From assembly GCA_037447435.1 (NCBI GenBank), contig JBBIGR010000020.1, forward strand, positions 1-64,000: a stretch of 64,000 nt of DNA. The letters run 5' to 3'. A program made the translations under genes and the position numbers. The stretch is from Fibrobacteria bacterium (lineage in GTDB: Bacteria > Fibrobacterota > Chitinivibrionia > Chitinivibrionales > FEN-1185). Position 1 is the first letter of the stretch. Every line of letters starts with the position of its first letter. Of this stretch, positions 8,538 through 17,935 are shown one piece after another. The notes beneath the pieces were generated by a model. That model was not told the DNA's origin and ran no database searches. It saw only the letters and a program-made list of their open reading frames with translations.

Positions 8538-8586
8538 ATCGGGAAACAGAAAATTGGAAAAAATGAAAAAATGGAAAATCGGGGAA

Positions 8587-9438
8587 TCAGGCGGCGAGGG
8601 GTTCTTTCTTAAAGAATTTGACGCCGGCTTCGACAAGCGACATATCGACATCGGTATTGAAACACGGGCCGTTGGGCCTGTCGTTTATCACACCGTAGAC
8701 GGGAATCGGATACACATCTTGAATTCCGAACGTCAGATCGCGCTCGCAGGCCACGGCAACAATGCCGTCGGGCCGAAACGATGCGACTTTTTTCCGCGCC
8801 AATGTGCCGCCGTTGACAACTTCGATTTTAAGCCCCAGCTTTTCGCCAAGGGACAATAGCGCGCCCACCGGACATCGGCCGCAACGTATGCAGTTGTTGA
8901 TGTCCGTAGTGAGCTTCCGGTTGCAAATGTCGATTTGCAGGCAATGGGGAAGCAATATGAGTATGCGGTCGCCGCCGATACGCTTGTGCTGCGCTTTTGT
9001 CAAAGAGTTGTTCACCTTGACAAAAGAGGCGCGCAAACGGTTCCTGTCGAACCTAAGTATCTGGCTCAGGGTCGCTGCAATGGGAAACAGCAATTTTATG
9101 GTGATGGAACGCTTGTTATGCGGGTATAAAAGATCGATGCCCGAAAGCGACGAGGCGGTAATGAGAAACAGCCCGGCGCAGAGGAAAAAAGACACGGTGC
9201 CGAAAAAACCGATGATGATCCTGTCGAACCAGAGGCTTATGGCCATGGCCCGCGGATGCACCAAATAGCAGAACAAACCGCATAGCGCAATAAATATGAA
9301 CAAGCTTATCCAGCAAAAAATGAGGAACGGGGCTTTTGTCCACGCATTACGCCATGCCGATTGAAACTTCGTTTCCGCCGGAACTATCGGTAAGGCAACG
9401 TTGGAAACGGATGTTTGATCTGCCGTTTTACAGTTCAT
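8587..9438 (-). CDS. DUF116 family membrane protein
   Basis: Two TM helices, then LILLPHCLQ, CIRCGRCPVG, GGTLAR, AVACERDL, NDRPNGPCFNT. Confidence 0.85.
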   Translation of the reverse strand: MNCKTADQTSVSNVALPIVPAETKFQSAWRNAWTKAPFLIFCWISLFIFIALCGLFCYLVHPRAMAISLWFDRIIIGFFGTVSFFLCAGLFLITASSLSGIDLLYPHNKRSITIKLLFPIAATLSQILRFDRNRLRASFVKVNNSLTKAQHKRIGGDRILILLPHCLQIDICNRKLTTDINNCIRCGRCPVGALLSLGEKLGLKIEVVNGGTLARKKVASFRPDGIVAVACERDLTFGIQDVYPIPVYGVINDRPNGPCFNTDVDMSLVEAGVKFFKKEPLAA

Positions 9439-9499
9439 TAGTACCTTAAAAAGAATTATCTACGCTGTTTAAGTAGATAATAAGTAAAAATAAACTTAT

Positions 9500-9516
9500 C
9501 CTATGCGGAGCATAGG
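9500..9516 (-). terminator. Probable intrinsic terminator after the NifU-like gene
   Basis: CCTATGC/GCATAGG 7-bp stem followed on the - strand by a T-rich tract. Confidence 0.5.
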
Positions 9517-9542
9517 GTTAGCACCTATATTGGGATTATCTA

Positions 9543-9767
9543 CTAAGCCAGGTTTTCTACGGATTTGACTTCAGGCACATTGGCTTTTAAAAGTCTTTCC
9601 ACACCCATTTTCAAGGTCATTGCAGCGCCAGGGCATCCGCGGCATGCGCCTTGCAATTTAACTTTAACAATTCCGTCGGCCGTTACATCGACAAGTTCAA
9701 TGTCTCCACCGTCTGCCTGAAGATTTGGTCTGATCTGCTCTATGACTTTTTGAACTTTCTCTTTCAT
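9543..9767 (-). CDS. NifU C-terminal / NfuA-type Fe-S cluster carrier
   Basis: IRPNLQADGGDIELV...LQGACRGCPGAAMTLKMGVE. Confidence 0.93.
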   Translation of the reverse strand: MKEKVQKVIEQIRPNLQADGGDIELVDVTADGIVKVKLQGACRGCPGAAMTLKMGVERLLKANVPEVKSVENLA

Positions 9768-9950
9768 TACCGGCTCCTTCGTATATGGTTATAAATAGAT
9801 GTACAACGGAACAAGAGTATTCGATTTCCTCTTGAGTAATATTTTTAGATGGATCAAATATAATTCCTCTCGTTTGCCTTGGTTAAAACTGTCGCTTTGC
9901 TTTTTACCTGCTCGTAGAACCGGCAATGATGTGAAATTTAAAAAAAATTC

Positions 9951-9977
9951 TCAAGTAATTACATTATTTGCCGATAC
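9951..9977 (+). promoter_or_regulatory. Sigma-28 (FliA) promoter
   Basis: TCAA-N15-GCCGATAC versus consensus TAAA-N15-GCCGATAA; upstream of an FlgM-like gene. Confidence 0.75.
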
Positions 9978-10011
9978 AACATAATAGGGAAAGTTCTAGG
10001 AAAGAAAGTCC

Positions 10012-10099
10012 GTGACTAAATAGAAAATAGCTACGCAAAAAGCGTAGATTAAATATCAGCTACAACGATCCAGTTGGGAAGCAACGGAAATTGTGAAGT
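10012..10099 (+). ncRNA. Structured non-coding element, copy A (candidate RNA/ssDNA motif)
   Basis: 10012-10088 is 62/78 identical to the reverse complement of 29744-29821, with compensatory stem changes. Confidence 0.55.
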
Positions 10100-10238
10100 G
10101 GAAAATAAAAAAGGGCAAAAACCATGAGATTTGTGCCCTTTAGGAGATTCACCAGATACTCTTTGGTGAAAAGAAACGGCAAGTTCCTTACATTAGAATC
10201 TATCGGATGCCGGCGAATTCAACTTGAGCGGTTTTTTT

Positions 10239-10493
10239 ATGATAATACAAGGCATTACACAATATCAAAATATTGAGGCTAAGTTTAAGGCGGTTAAAGA
10301 CCGGCCTAAAGCAAACCCCGGTACCAAAGTTATGCAACAGGACACGTTTGAACCGTCGCATAAGAAACCCGAAATCCGCCAGGACCTGGTTGACATTGTT
10401 AAAAAGAAAATCCAGCAGGGATTTTACCGGTCCGACATCGTTATAGACGATCTGAGCGATTCTTTCGCAAAAGCGCTGAACTCCTCGCGATAA
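10239..10493 (+). CDS. FlgM-like anti-sigma-28 factor
   Basis: 84 aa with C-terminal PEIRQDLVDIVKKKIQQGFY resembling the FlgM R..KV..IK..I..G.Y motif; sigma-28 promoter upstream. Confidence 0.6.
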   Translation: MIIQGITQYQNIEAKFKAVKDRPKANPGTKVMQQDTFEPSHKKPEIRQDLVDIVKKKIQQGFYRSDIVIDDLSDSFAKALNSSR

Positions 10494-10554
10494 GCTCTTG
10501 CCCCGCGTCGCGGAATACGAAGAAAAAATCCCGCGCAAAACATATTTTAACTTC

Positions 10555-12141
10555 ATGAGAAATTTCATTGCTTCTTGTCACGCGTTTTTAACTGCGAAAA
10601 ATCGATTCTGGGTCCCGCTTCTGTTCGGCATTGCGTATTGCCTCGGGGTTCCGCCGGTAAACGGATTTTTGCATCCCGCGCTTTCGCTGTTTCCCTTGCT
10701 CGGTTTTTTCATTTGCCTTCCGCTGTTCGGGTTCTCGTCTTTACAATCAATCAAGCGGTCGGCATTGTATTGCGTTTTATTCGGCATGGCCGCTTCCGCA
10801 GGACAGTTTTACTGGATAGCTTTCGTCGTACCCGAAGGGTTGTGGCCGCTCATTTTGGTCGGCGTGGTGCTTATTACCATTTACGAAAGCGTTTATTTTT
10901 TAGTCCTGGGTCTCGGGTTCCGCTTTCTCCGCGGTAAATTTCCCAAAGCGTATCCGTTTCTTTTTGCCGCATTGTGGGTGATGGTCGAATATCTTCGCAG
11001 CCTTGGAGAAATATCGTTTCCCTGGAACTTTGCCGGCTATACGCTGACGCCGTTTTTATGGCTTGCCCAGGCAGCGTCGGTATGCGGGGTTTTCGGCCTC
11101 AGTTACATTGTAATACTCGGCAATGGTTTGATTTGGAAATTTTGCGGTCATATTGTCCGCAAACAAAAAATATCGTGGGGATTGCCTGTTTTTGTCTGCT
11201 TTTTGATTGTTATAAGCATTGCCGGTGCTTTGCGAATGCATAAGGGAACTACGGATGCGACAAAAAATATAAAGGTATCGGTATTGCAGGGGAATATAGA
11301 CCAGAACCACTGGACAAATACCTCGCTCGACAGTTCGTTCATGATATTCGATACGCTTGTGGCCAGGGCGCATAACGACAATCCCGATCTGCTGGTTATG
11401 CCCGAAAGCGCATTGCTTTGTTATTTGCTTCGTCAACCGGCTTTGCGCCGGCACGTCGTCGGCTGGTCTTTGGAAACGAAAACGCCCATGATTTTAGGAA
11501 GCCTGCATTGGGATTATTCTCAAAAAGGAAGCAAACCTGATTACGCGGTATACAATACCGCTTTATTTCTCGATACCGCGAGGCCGGTTTTCGAAAAATA
11601 TTATAAAATGACCTTAGTGCCGTTTTCCGAGGTGTTGCCGTTCAAGGGGATTTTTCCCGTATTATCCCGAGTCAATTTGGGGCAGGCCGATTTTGCAAGC
11701 GGCAAAGATCCGGTAGTGTTTTCCATCGGACAAAAGATCAAGGCTGCGCCGTTTATTTGTTATGAAATTATTTACCCGTCTATCGTGAGGCAACGCATAC
11801 TTCGCGGCGCGAATCTGCTTGTTAACATCACCAACGACGGCTGGTTCGGGAAATCGTCGGGCGCGTATCAGCATGCCGCAATGGCACGCATGCGTTGCAT
11901 CGAAAACGGCGTTTGCCTTGCGCGAAGCGCAAATTCCGGTTTCAGCATGTTTGTCGATCAGTATGGAAGAATATTGGGAAAAACCGATTTGTACACCAGA
12001 ACGTTTTTGACCCGAGCGGTTTCTCTGGATAAAAAGCCCACGCTCTATTCAAAATTCGGCGATTGGCCCGTGCTTTTGAGCGCGCTACTTTGCGCCGTTG
12101 CGCTCATCGCCATCCTTATTCGTAAATCAAGACGATCTTAG
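10555..12141 (+). CDS. lnt: Apolipoprotein N-acyltransferase
   Basis: N-terminal TMs, QGNI, MPESA, YKMTLVPFSE, FICYEIIYP, NITNDGWFG. Confidence 0.95.
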   Translation: MRNFIASCHAFLTAKNRFWVPLLFGIAYCLGVPPVNGFLHPALSLFPLLGFFICLPLFGFSSLQSIKRSALYCVLFGMAASAGQFYWIAFVVPEGLWPLILVGVVLITIYESVYFLVLGLGFRFLRGKFPKAYPFLFAALWVMVEYLRSLGEISFPWNFAGYTLTPFLWLAQAASVCGVFGLSYIVILGNGLIWKFCGHIVRKQKISWGLPVFVCFLIVISIAGALRMHKGTTDATKNIKVSVLQGNIDQNHWTNTSLDSSFMIFDTLVARAHNDNPDLLVMPESALLCYLLRQPALRRHVVGWSLETKTPMILGSLHWDYSQKGSKPDYAVYNTALFLDTARPVFEKYYKMTLVPFSEVLPFKGIFPVLSRVNLGQADFASGKDPVVFSIGQKIKAAPFICYEIIYPSIVRQRILRGANLLVNITNDGWFGKSSGAYQHAAMARMRCIENGVCLARSANSGFSMFVDQYGRILGKTDLYTRTFLTRAVSLDKKPTLYSKFGDWPVLLSALLCAVALIAILIRKSRRS

Positions 12142-12466
12142 ACTGCAAAGCGCCGTTGCTTTTGATCGAGCAGGTGGCGGTTTTTCCCGCGCCCTCAGGT
12201 TGGGTGACGATAATCTGAACGTCGTAGCGGACTTGTGGAACGCATACTGCCGAAAACCGCGATCGCTGCAAACAGGAAAAATTCCCGCTTATTATTTGTT
12301 CCGCAAGATTTCTGCAAACCGCAATTTGATATACTGCCGGAATTATCGCACGGCCCGGAAAATGGCCTGCGAAAATCGGGTCGGTTTCCTTGAATTCGAC
12401 TATGGCGGAAATGGAAGTATCTGTTTTGACAATATTCGAAATCGCCCGGTGTACGGTTTCACGCAT
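12116..12466 (-). CDS. 3-hydroxyacyl-ACP dehydratase (FabZ/ApeI-like hotdog)
   Basis: PIFAGHFPGRAIIPAV motif; last gene of the KS cluster. Confidence 0.8.
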   Translation of the reverse strand: MRETVHRAISNIVKTDTSISAIVEFKETDPIFAGHFPGRAIIPAVYQIAVCRNLAEQIISGNFSCLQRSRFSAVCVPQVRYDVQIIVTQPEGAGKTATCSIKSNGALQSKIVLIYE

Positions 12467-13253
12467 TACTGCTCCCTTGGGTATATGCTTCGATGCCGAA
12501 CATATCGGTTAGTTCTATTGCCGAAATGTTTTTCTGTTTCATGGTTGCAAAAAGCAATGTGAGCTGCTTGAGGATTTCGTCTTTATATTCCGCAACAGGC
12601 AGACAGTCGTGCAATAGCACCACGCTGCCCGGTTTTGCGAGCGAATGAATGTTGCGTATGGCCCGAATGCGCCGGTTGCCCGCGTCTTTGGCGCGGGCGC
12701 TATAACCCACGCAGTCCATAGACAATTGCGACAACGCGGTGTCCAGATGCGGGTTTGCAAGCCCGGCGGGCGGACGGTATAAACGGGGCTTTTTTCCGAT
12801 TATCGATTCCAGTATGGATTGCGTTTGGGAAATCTCCCGTGTCATTTTTGAGGAAAAACGGAAATTTGAAAAAGGGGAATGCGTCAGATCGTGACAGGCA
12901 ATTGTGTGGCCTTCGTCATACGCACGCCTAACGATATCGGGGAATTGCTTGGCTTTATTACCGATTATAAAGAACGTCGCTTTTAAGCCGTTTTCTTTGA
13001 GCAGGTCTAGAATGTCGCCGGTGATATTGGGGTCGGGCCCGTCGTCGAAGGTAAGGCATAACGCGGATTTTTCCTGCTTGTTGCTGCAATAGGTTTTGAG
13101 GAAAAATTGAATCCTGAGGTCGAAAACGCCCCAGATAAAAACCGAGGCGTACAATGCGAAAATGAAAATTATGACAGGCAAAAACGACGGGACAATGAGC
13201 AATGCGGTGACGACGAATACGACCGAGAACAGCCAGAGCCGAAACGGGCTCAT
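12459..13253 (-). CDS. Polysaccharide deacetylase (NodB/CE4) with N-terminal TMs
   Basis: LTFDDGP, HTIACHDLTH, LYRPPAG, VVLLHD. Confidence 0.9.
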   Translation of the reverse strand: MSPFRLWLFSVVFVVTALLIVPSFLPVIIFIFALYASVFIWGVFDLRIQFFLKTYCSNKQEKSALCLTFDDGPDPNITGDILDLLKENGLKATFFIIGNKAKQFPDIVRRAYDEGHTIACHDLTHSPFSNFRFSSKMTREISQTQSILESIIGKKPRLYRPPAGLANPHLDTALSQLSMDCVGYSARAKDAGNRRIRAIRNIHSLAKPGSVVLLHDCLPVAEYKDEILKQLTLLFATMKQKNISAIELTDMFGIEAYTQGSSNA

Positions 13254-14050
13254 AGCAAAAGCTCTATTGCCGAAAATGCGTTTGACGGCGGCGAATAGGA
13301 GGTCACGATGCTGCTTCCCGGGCTATTTTTTTGAAGCTCGGCAGCGCAAACCGCTGCGCCGGACAGAAACGATTTACAATAGGAAAGATCGAAAAACCGG
13401 TCCGGAGATTTTTGCGTTTTCAAAAGAGCGGTCACCGTTTCCCGGGTACAGGCTTTGTCTTTATTTGAACCGGCAAAACGCGGCCCGATGCTGCGTATTG
13501 CGGGAAGCGTTTGCGAATTTGCAAGTAATAAGGCTATGGCCCCTTCTTTGGTATGTTCCGATAAATACGCTCTGCATTGCGCGGGCATTACCGGGAGTAT
13601 GGTATCGAGCAGGGGGATGTTTTCATCGACCGCGACCACGAGCGCGGGAAAGTCGTCGCTGTCGAGCAATTCGCAATTCGCAATTGCCGAGGCAAAGGAA
13701 TTCTGTCCGTCGCAGAAGGTCAGGTTCGGGCCGCTGATGCCGAATTCGAGCGCGAGTTTCCCTGCCATGCTGTTATGCACCGATGCGATGAAATTTTTGG
13801 GAGAGCCGAAACCGTCGGAAAATATGCCGTCGAGAAATCCTTTTGTTTCGTCGAGCGCGCCCAGCGCGGTGCCGACCAGAATGGATTTCGGCTTAGCGGC
13901 CGCGTTTTTAAGCAATCGCGCGACCGCGACATACGCCATTTGCCAAATCCGCGGATCTCGGCGCTTGAGATGCGGCGGTATCTCGATGTTCCACACCGGA
14001 TCGCTTTGCGGAAATAAGGCGCTATGGCCCAATACGGTAAAGGGTTTCAT
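13250..14050 (-). CDS. Beta-ketoacyl synthase chain-length factor (non-catalytic)
   Basis: GTALG, SPKNFIASVHNSMAG, no catalytic Cys; ATGA overlap with the upstream KS. Confidence 0.75.
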   Translation of the reverse strand: MKPFTVLGHSALFPQSDPVWNIEIPPHLKRRDPRIWQMAYVAVARLLKNAAAKPKSILVGTALGALDETKGFLDGIFSDGFGSPKNFIASVHNSMAGKLALEFGISGPNLTFCDGQNSFASAIANCELLDSDDFPALVVAVDENIPLLDTILPVMPAQCRAYLSEHTKEGAIALLLANSQTLPAIRSIGPRFAGSNKDKACTRETVTALLKTQKSPDRFFDLSYCKSFLSGAAVCAAELQKNSPGSSIVTSYSPPSNAFSAIELLL

Positions 14051-15228
14051 AATCCTTGTTCGTTTGAAAGAGAGAATACTGCCGCGGCATTGTTTCCGCC
14101 GAAGCCGAACGAGTTTTTCAAAACATGACGGATGCCGGCTTTTTGTTTGGACTGCGGCGCTATACCTATTGTTTCGTCGAGATCGGTAAATCCGGCGGTA
14201 TGCGGAACGCAATTGTCTTTCATGGCGCTTACGGCAAATACCGCTTCGATGATTCCGGAAGCGGCCAGGGTATGGCCCAGGCTTCGTTTCATGGAGCAAA
14301 AGGGCGGAACAGTGCCGAAGACCTTTTGCATGGCACGAATTTCGGCAACGTCATTGTCCGGCGTTGCGGTGCCGTGCGTCGCGATCATGCCGATGTCGGC
14401 GGGGGCGATTGCCGCCTCGTCAAGAGCTGCCGTGACCGCCGTTATGGCGCCTAAACCTGCGGGATGCGGTGCGGTCATATGATGGCAGTCGGCAGAGGCG
14501 CCCCAGCCCGAAACATAGGCCAAAGGCTTTACATCCAATAGTTTGCAGGCGTCGTCGGAGGCGAGGCATACGGCGCCCGCGCCTTCGCCCAGGCTCGTGC
14601 CTTTTCTGTTTTTGTCGAACGGCTTGCAACCGGTGGGGTCCAAAAGCATGAGGCTGGAAAATCCCCGTATTGTCAATATGGACAACGCGTCGCTGCCCAC
14701 GGCGCAGCACAAATCGAAGGCCTTGGCCTGAATAAGGCGTTTGGCAAGTCCCACTGCGTGCAATCCGGTGGAGCAAGCCGTTGAAAGCGTGTAAAATCCG
14801 GTACCGTCGAAGTTTTCGCATAAAAACCCGGACAATGCGGCAGGTTCGTGGCCGGCGCATTCCGTTGCTGCGCGAGAAAGTTTCAAGGGGTCGGTCTTGT
14901 ATGCTTTGTAAAACAATTCGGAACGGGTTATGCCGCCAACGGTCGTGGCAACCACAAAGCCGAGGGTCAAACCTTTACGTTTGTGCAAACCGCTCAGCGC
15001 TTCACGTACCGCCGCATAAGCTAATTGCGCAGTACGGTTCGGACCCACGGCATTTTCCTCGAGGGCCAAAACCTGGCCCGACAGGGGAGGAATTTTTAAT
15101 CCGCTGTCGAAAAGAGAAAGCGGGGTCAGATTGTCGTGGCCCGCGTAAACGCCCTTCTTTGCCGAAGCTATTGTATTGCCTGCGGCGCAAATCGCGCCCA
15201 TGCCGATAATGGGGACGGCTTTAGACAC
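14047..15228 (-). CDS. Beta-ketoacyl-ACP synthase (FabF-like)
   Basis: STACSTG, ATHGTAT, SLGHTLAASG, NSFGFGGNN. Confidence 0.92.
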   Translation of the reverse strand: MSKAVPIIGMGAICAAGNTIASAKKGVYAGHDNLTPLSLFDSGLKIPPLSGQVLALEENAVGPNRTAQLAYAAVREALSGLHKRKGLTLGFVVATTVGGITRSELFYKAYKTDPLKLSRAATECAGHEPAALSGFLCENFDGTGFYTLSTACSTGLHAVGLAKRLIQAKAFDLCCAVGSDALSILTIRGFSSLMLLDPTGCKPFDKNRKGTSLGEGAGAVCLASDDACKLLDVKPLAYVSGWGASADCHHMTAPHPAGLGAITAVTAALDEAAIAPADIGMIATHGTATPDNDVAEIRAMQKVFGTVPPFCSMKRSLGHTLAASGIIEAVFAVSAMKDNCVPHTAGFTDLDETIGIAPQSKQKAGIRHVLKNSFGFGGNNAAAVFSLSNEQGL

Positions 15229-15231
15229 GTA

Positions 15232-15501
15232 TTATCCCTTTGTGCGGTTTTCTTGTATATAGGTTGCCAGGGAGCGTACCGATGCGAAAACCTTTTTGCC
15301 TATGGTGATGTCGGGAACCGTGACGCCGTATTCTTTTTCCAGCAATACAAGCAATTCCAGCGTATCGATCGAGTCGAGACCGAGCCCGCCGCCGACCAAC
15401 GGTTCGTTTTCATCGATGTCTTCGGGCTTAACGTCCGAAAGTTTCAGCGAGGCGATGATTTGGGTTTTCAGGGTTGCTATCAGAGAATCGGCATCGTTCA
15501 T
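15232..15501 (-). CDS. Acyl carrier protein
   Basis: GLGLDSIDTLEL phosphopantetheine site; start at ATG 15501. Confidence 0.92.
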   Translation of the reverse strand: MNDADSLIATLKTQIIASLKLSDVKPEDIDENEPLVGGGLGLDSIDTLELLVLLEKEYGVTVPDITIGKKVFASVRSLATYIQENRTKG

Positions 15502-16274
15502 GATACATCCTTTTTCATGGAAAAATGGCCGGCAACGCAATTGCCGTTAAACGGCACCGATCCGGCCGAACGAGTGTGTAAAAGTTGCATAATCGAATGA
15601 AAATACAATTCCCCACTGTCGCAGGGCTGGTCTTTATTGGGTTGGGCGCTCTTAAATTCCAGGGCCATGGCTTTTCCGCCATCGTCGCAACTCGTCGACA
15701 GTATCAGGGCATACGCCCTGTTTTTTCCGGTATTGCCGTCCCCTAAAAGCGCGAAGTCTTTTTCTTCAAGCGCTAAAACGTATAAAACCGCGACCGTATT
15801 GCACTTTCCGGTTTGTAAAAGGCGCACGGCGTTTTCCATTGCAGTGTACCCGCTGTCGGATTCATTGACAAACACCCGGTTTTCGCCTTTAAGCCCGAAA
15901 AATATCGCGATATCGGCGATTGCCGAAGAGGGCAGTGTTGCGGAAAACAGGGCCGGGCTGGGAAAAGCCGAAAGTACGGATTCCATATATCGTAAATCGG
16001 TAGACAAAGACCCGAGCGGCAGTCCCAGGCAAATTCCCGTGAACAGGGGTTCGGTTACCGGGCAATGCGAAAGCGCTACGGAGGCGGCGCAAAAAGCAAG
16101 CTTGTCGCTCAGGCATAATTTGCCGAAAGCGGGATAGGGCTTGGCCAGCACCTGTTCGCGGGTGATTTCGAAAATGCCGTTTTGTCCTTGCGGCCAGGGC
16201 GCAAAGCCTGCGGGCGAATATATCCCTTCGTCGAGAATCGCGGAAAACGAACGCACGTATATCGGTTTTTTCAT
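15498..16274 (-). CDS. Beta-ketoacyl synthase N-terminal-like / chain-length factor
   Basis: YPAFGKL..SDKLAF, GSLSTDLRY, PSPALFSATLPS; ATGA coupling. Confidence 0.75.
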   Translation of the reverse strand: MKKPIYVRSFSAILDEGIYSPAGFAPWPQGQNGIFEITREQVLAKPYPAFGKLCLSDKLAFCAASVALSHCPVTEPLFTGICLGLPLGSLSTDLRYMESVLSAFPSPALFSATLPSSAIADIAIFFGLKGENRVFVNESDSGYTAMENAVRLLQTGKCNTVAVLYVLALEEKDFALLGDGNTGKNRAYALILSTSCDDGGKAMALEFKSAQPNKDQPCDSGELYFHSIMQLLHTRSAGSVPFNGNCVAGHFSMKKDVS

Positions 16275-17383
16275 GCTGAATGCTCCGTAAGCACGATTGC
16301 GGCATTGATGCCGCCGAACCCTGCCGAAAGGCAGAGCATGGATTGATGCAAAAGCGTTTGGCTGCTTGCGCAAACCGGAATCTGCTCGTCGACCCCCAGG
16401 TTTTCGAATCCGCAGGTGGGCGGAATTTTGCGGCGCTGCAGGCATTCGGCGGCAACGATGATTTCCAGAAGAGAACCGGCGCCGCTGGTGTGGCCGATGG
16501 CGCCCTTTACCGAAAAGCAAGGCGGTATTTCTTCGCCGAACGCGGAAACAATGGCCTTTGCTTCCATTGCGTCGTTGTAAGCGGTGGCGGTTCCGTGGCA
16601 TTTGATCGCGCCGATTTCATACGGGGGCATATTAGCGTCGCGCAGTGCCGCGGATGCCGCGCGATGCAAGCCTTCGCCGGTGCGGGACGGTCCGGTCCTA
16701 TGATTGGCATCGTTGGTGCTTGCCGCACCTTTGATCAGTATATCGTCTTCGAAGGGTTCGCGATACGATAATACCACGATGCCCGCTCCGTCGCCGAGCG
16801 TGAGCCCGTTGCGGCCGGCATCGAAGGGTTTTGCGCCCGCAGGCGATAAGGCCGCAAGCGAATTGAAACCGGTTGCCACAAAACGGGATATGGCGTCGAA
16901 TCCGAATATCACCGCATTTTTACACGTTTTGGCAATAAGCATTTCGCGGGCGATTTGCACGCCGATGGCGCCGGAAGCGCAGGCGTTCGATACGACGATG
17001 GTCCGGCAATCGTCGAGCCCCAACAGTTTTTTCGCATAGCGTGCCTGTGAGTGCAACAAGGGAGAGAAATCGGCAGGCATTTTCCGCGATATGCAATATT
17101 CTTCCAGGGGAGTCAGGTCGCCTTTTGCGGCGCAAAACACGAACGCTGTTTCACTTTGGTCAATGTCCGACAGGTCTGTTGCCGTTTGCAACGTAAGCGT
17201 TGCGGTCGTCAGGCTTCGCCACGATTCGTTTTTAAACGGCGCATAGGCGACGTCGACGCCGAAGCAGGGACCGGGCACTATGGCGGTTTGATTTTCAAAG
17301 AGATCGGAAACCGTTTCCTGCAGCTGCCCCAGGCCGCAGAGAATTTCGCCCTGTTCTAAAATGACCGCTTCGGATATGCTCAT
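16271..17383 (-). CDS. Beta-ketoacyl-ACP synthase
   Basis: VVSNACASG, NDANHRTGPSRTG, KCHGTATAYND, GAIGHTSGA, GFGGINAA. Confidence 0.9.
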   Translation of the reverse strand: MSISEAVILEQGEILCGLGQLQETVSDLFENQTAIVPGPCFGVDVAYAPFKNESWRSLTTATLTLQTATDLSDIDQSETAFVFCAAKGDLTPLEEYCISRKMPADFSPLLHSQARYAKKLLGLDDCRTIVVSNACASGAIGVQIAREMLIAKTCKNAVIFGFDAISRFVATGFNSLAALSPAGAKPFDAGRNGLTLGDGAGIVVLSYREPFEDDILIKGAASTNDANHRTGPSRTGEGLHRAASAALRDANMPPYEIGAIKCHGTATAYNDAMEAKAIVSAFGEEIPPCFSVKGAIGHTSGAGSLLEIIVAAECLQRRKIPPTCGFENLGVDEQIPVCASSQTLLHQSMLCLSAGFGGINAAIVLTEHSA

Positions 17384-17778
17384 GTCAATGCCGCTTTGAT
17401 GAATCCGTGTGCCACGGTCGTTGTTCCCCGTTTTACCGTACATTCGAAAAGGCTGAGGCTTCCCATTTTCGCTTGTGTCGCGATTTGGGCGATTAATTCG
17501 TCGCCGGGCAATACTTTTGTATAAAAGGAAAAATCATCGATTCCGGCAATGACGCCGATTTTACCCTGCGCATCCGCATCAGTGTATTGTCCGCAAATTG
17601 CGGCTTGCGCGCAAAATTCGATGATTCCCTCTTCGGAAAGTCCGGGCCCGTAATGCTCATTTTCCCGCACCACCCGGACGCAGGCTGCCTGGGAATTTTC
17701 TATGCTTTGCAGTGAATCCACGACAATGGCCGGATCGCGATGCGGAAGCAATGTTGATACCGATGGAAAATCTGGCAA
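17380..17778 (-). CDS. Hotdog-fold dehydratase (FabZ/ApeP-like)
   Basis: LLPHRDPAIVVD, IIEFCAQ, VLPGDEL. Confidence 0.75.
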   Translation of the reverse strand: MPDFPSVSTLLPHRDPAIVVDSLQSIENSQAACVRVVRENEHYGPGLSEEGIIEFCAQAAICGQYTDADAQGKIGVIAGIDDFSFYTKVLPGDELIAQIATQAKMGSLSLFECTVKRGTTTVAHGFIKAALT

Positions 17779-17935
17779 TGCGGTAAGTCCTTTTTTTTAA
17801 ATGCGTTTGGGATCGAATACATAAAATAATATTTCAAAACCCTCTCTATTATATCATTATTGTATGTATGTATTATTTTGTAATGATCACGGCTGTTTTT
17901 TTCATGATCAGAGACATAAGGAGTTTGGCAATACC

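Noticed and set aside
10105..10145. c-di-GMP-I riboswitch (GGCAAA start)
   Set aside because: Lacks the downstream GACGCAAAGC and second-stem motifs; it is a simple hairpin.
13250..17443. Extended N-termini of KS-cluster ORFs given in the ORF track
   Set aside because: The extensions overlap upstream genes; internal ATGA-coupled starts (14050, 15501, 16274, 17383) fit better.
17780..17935. T-box leader for serS; paired TGATCA sites
   Set aside because: No T-box motif, and two 6-bp palindromes are too weak to call an operator.
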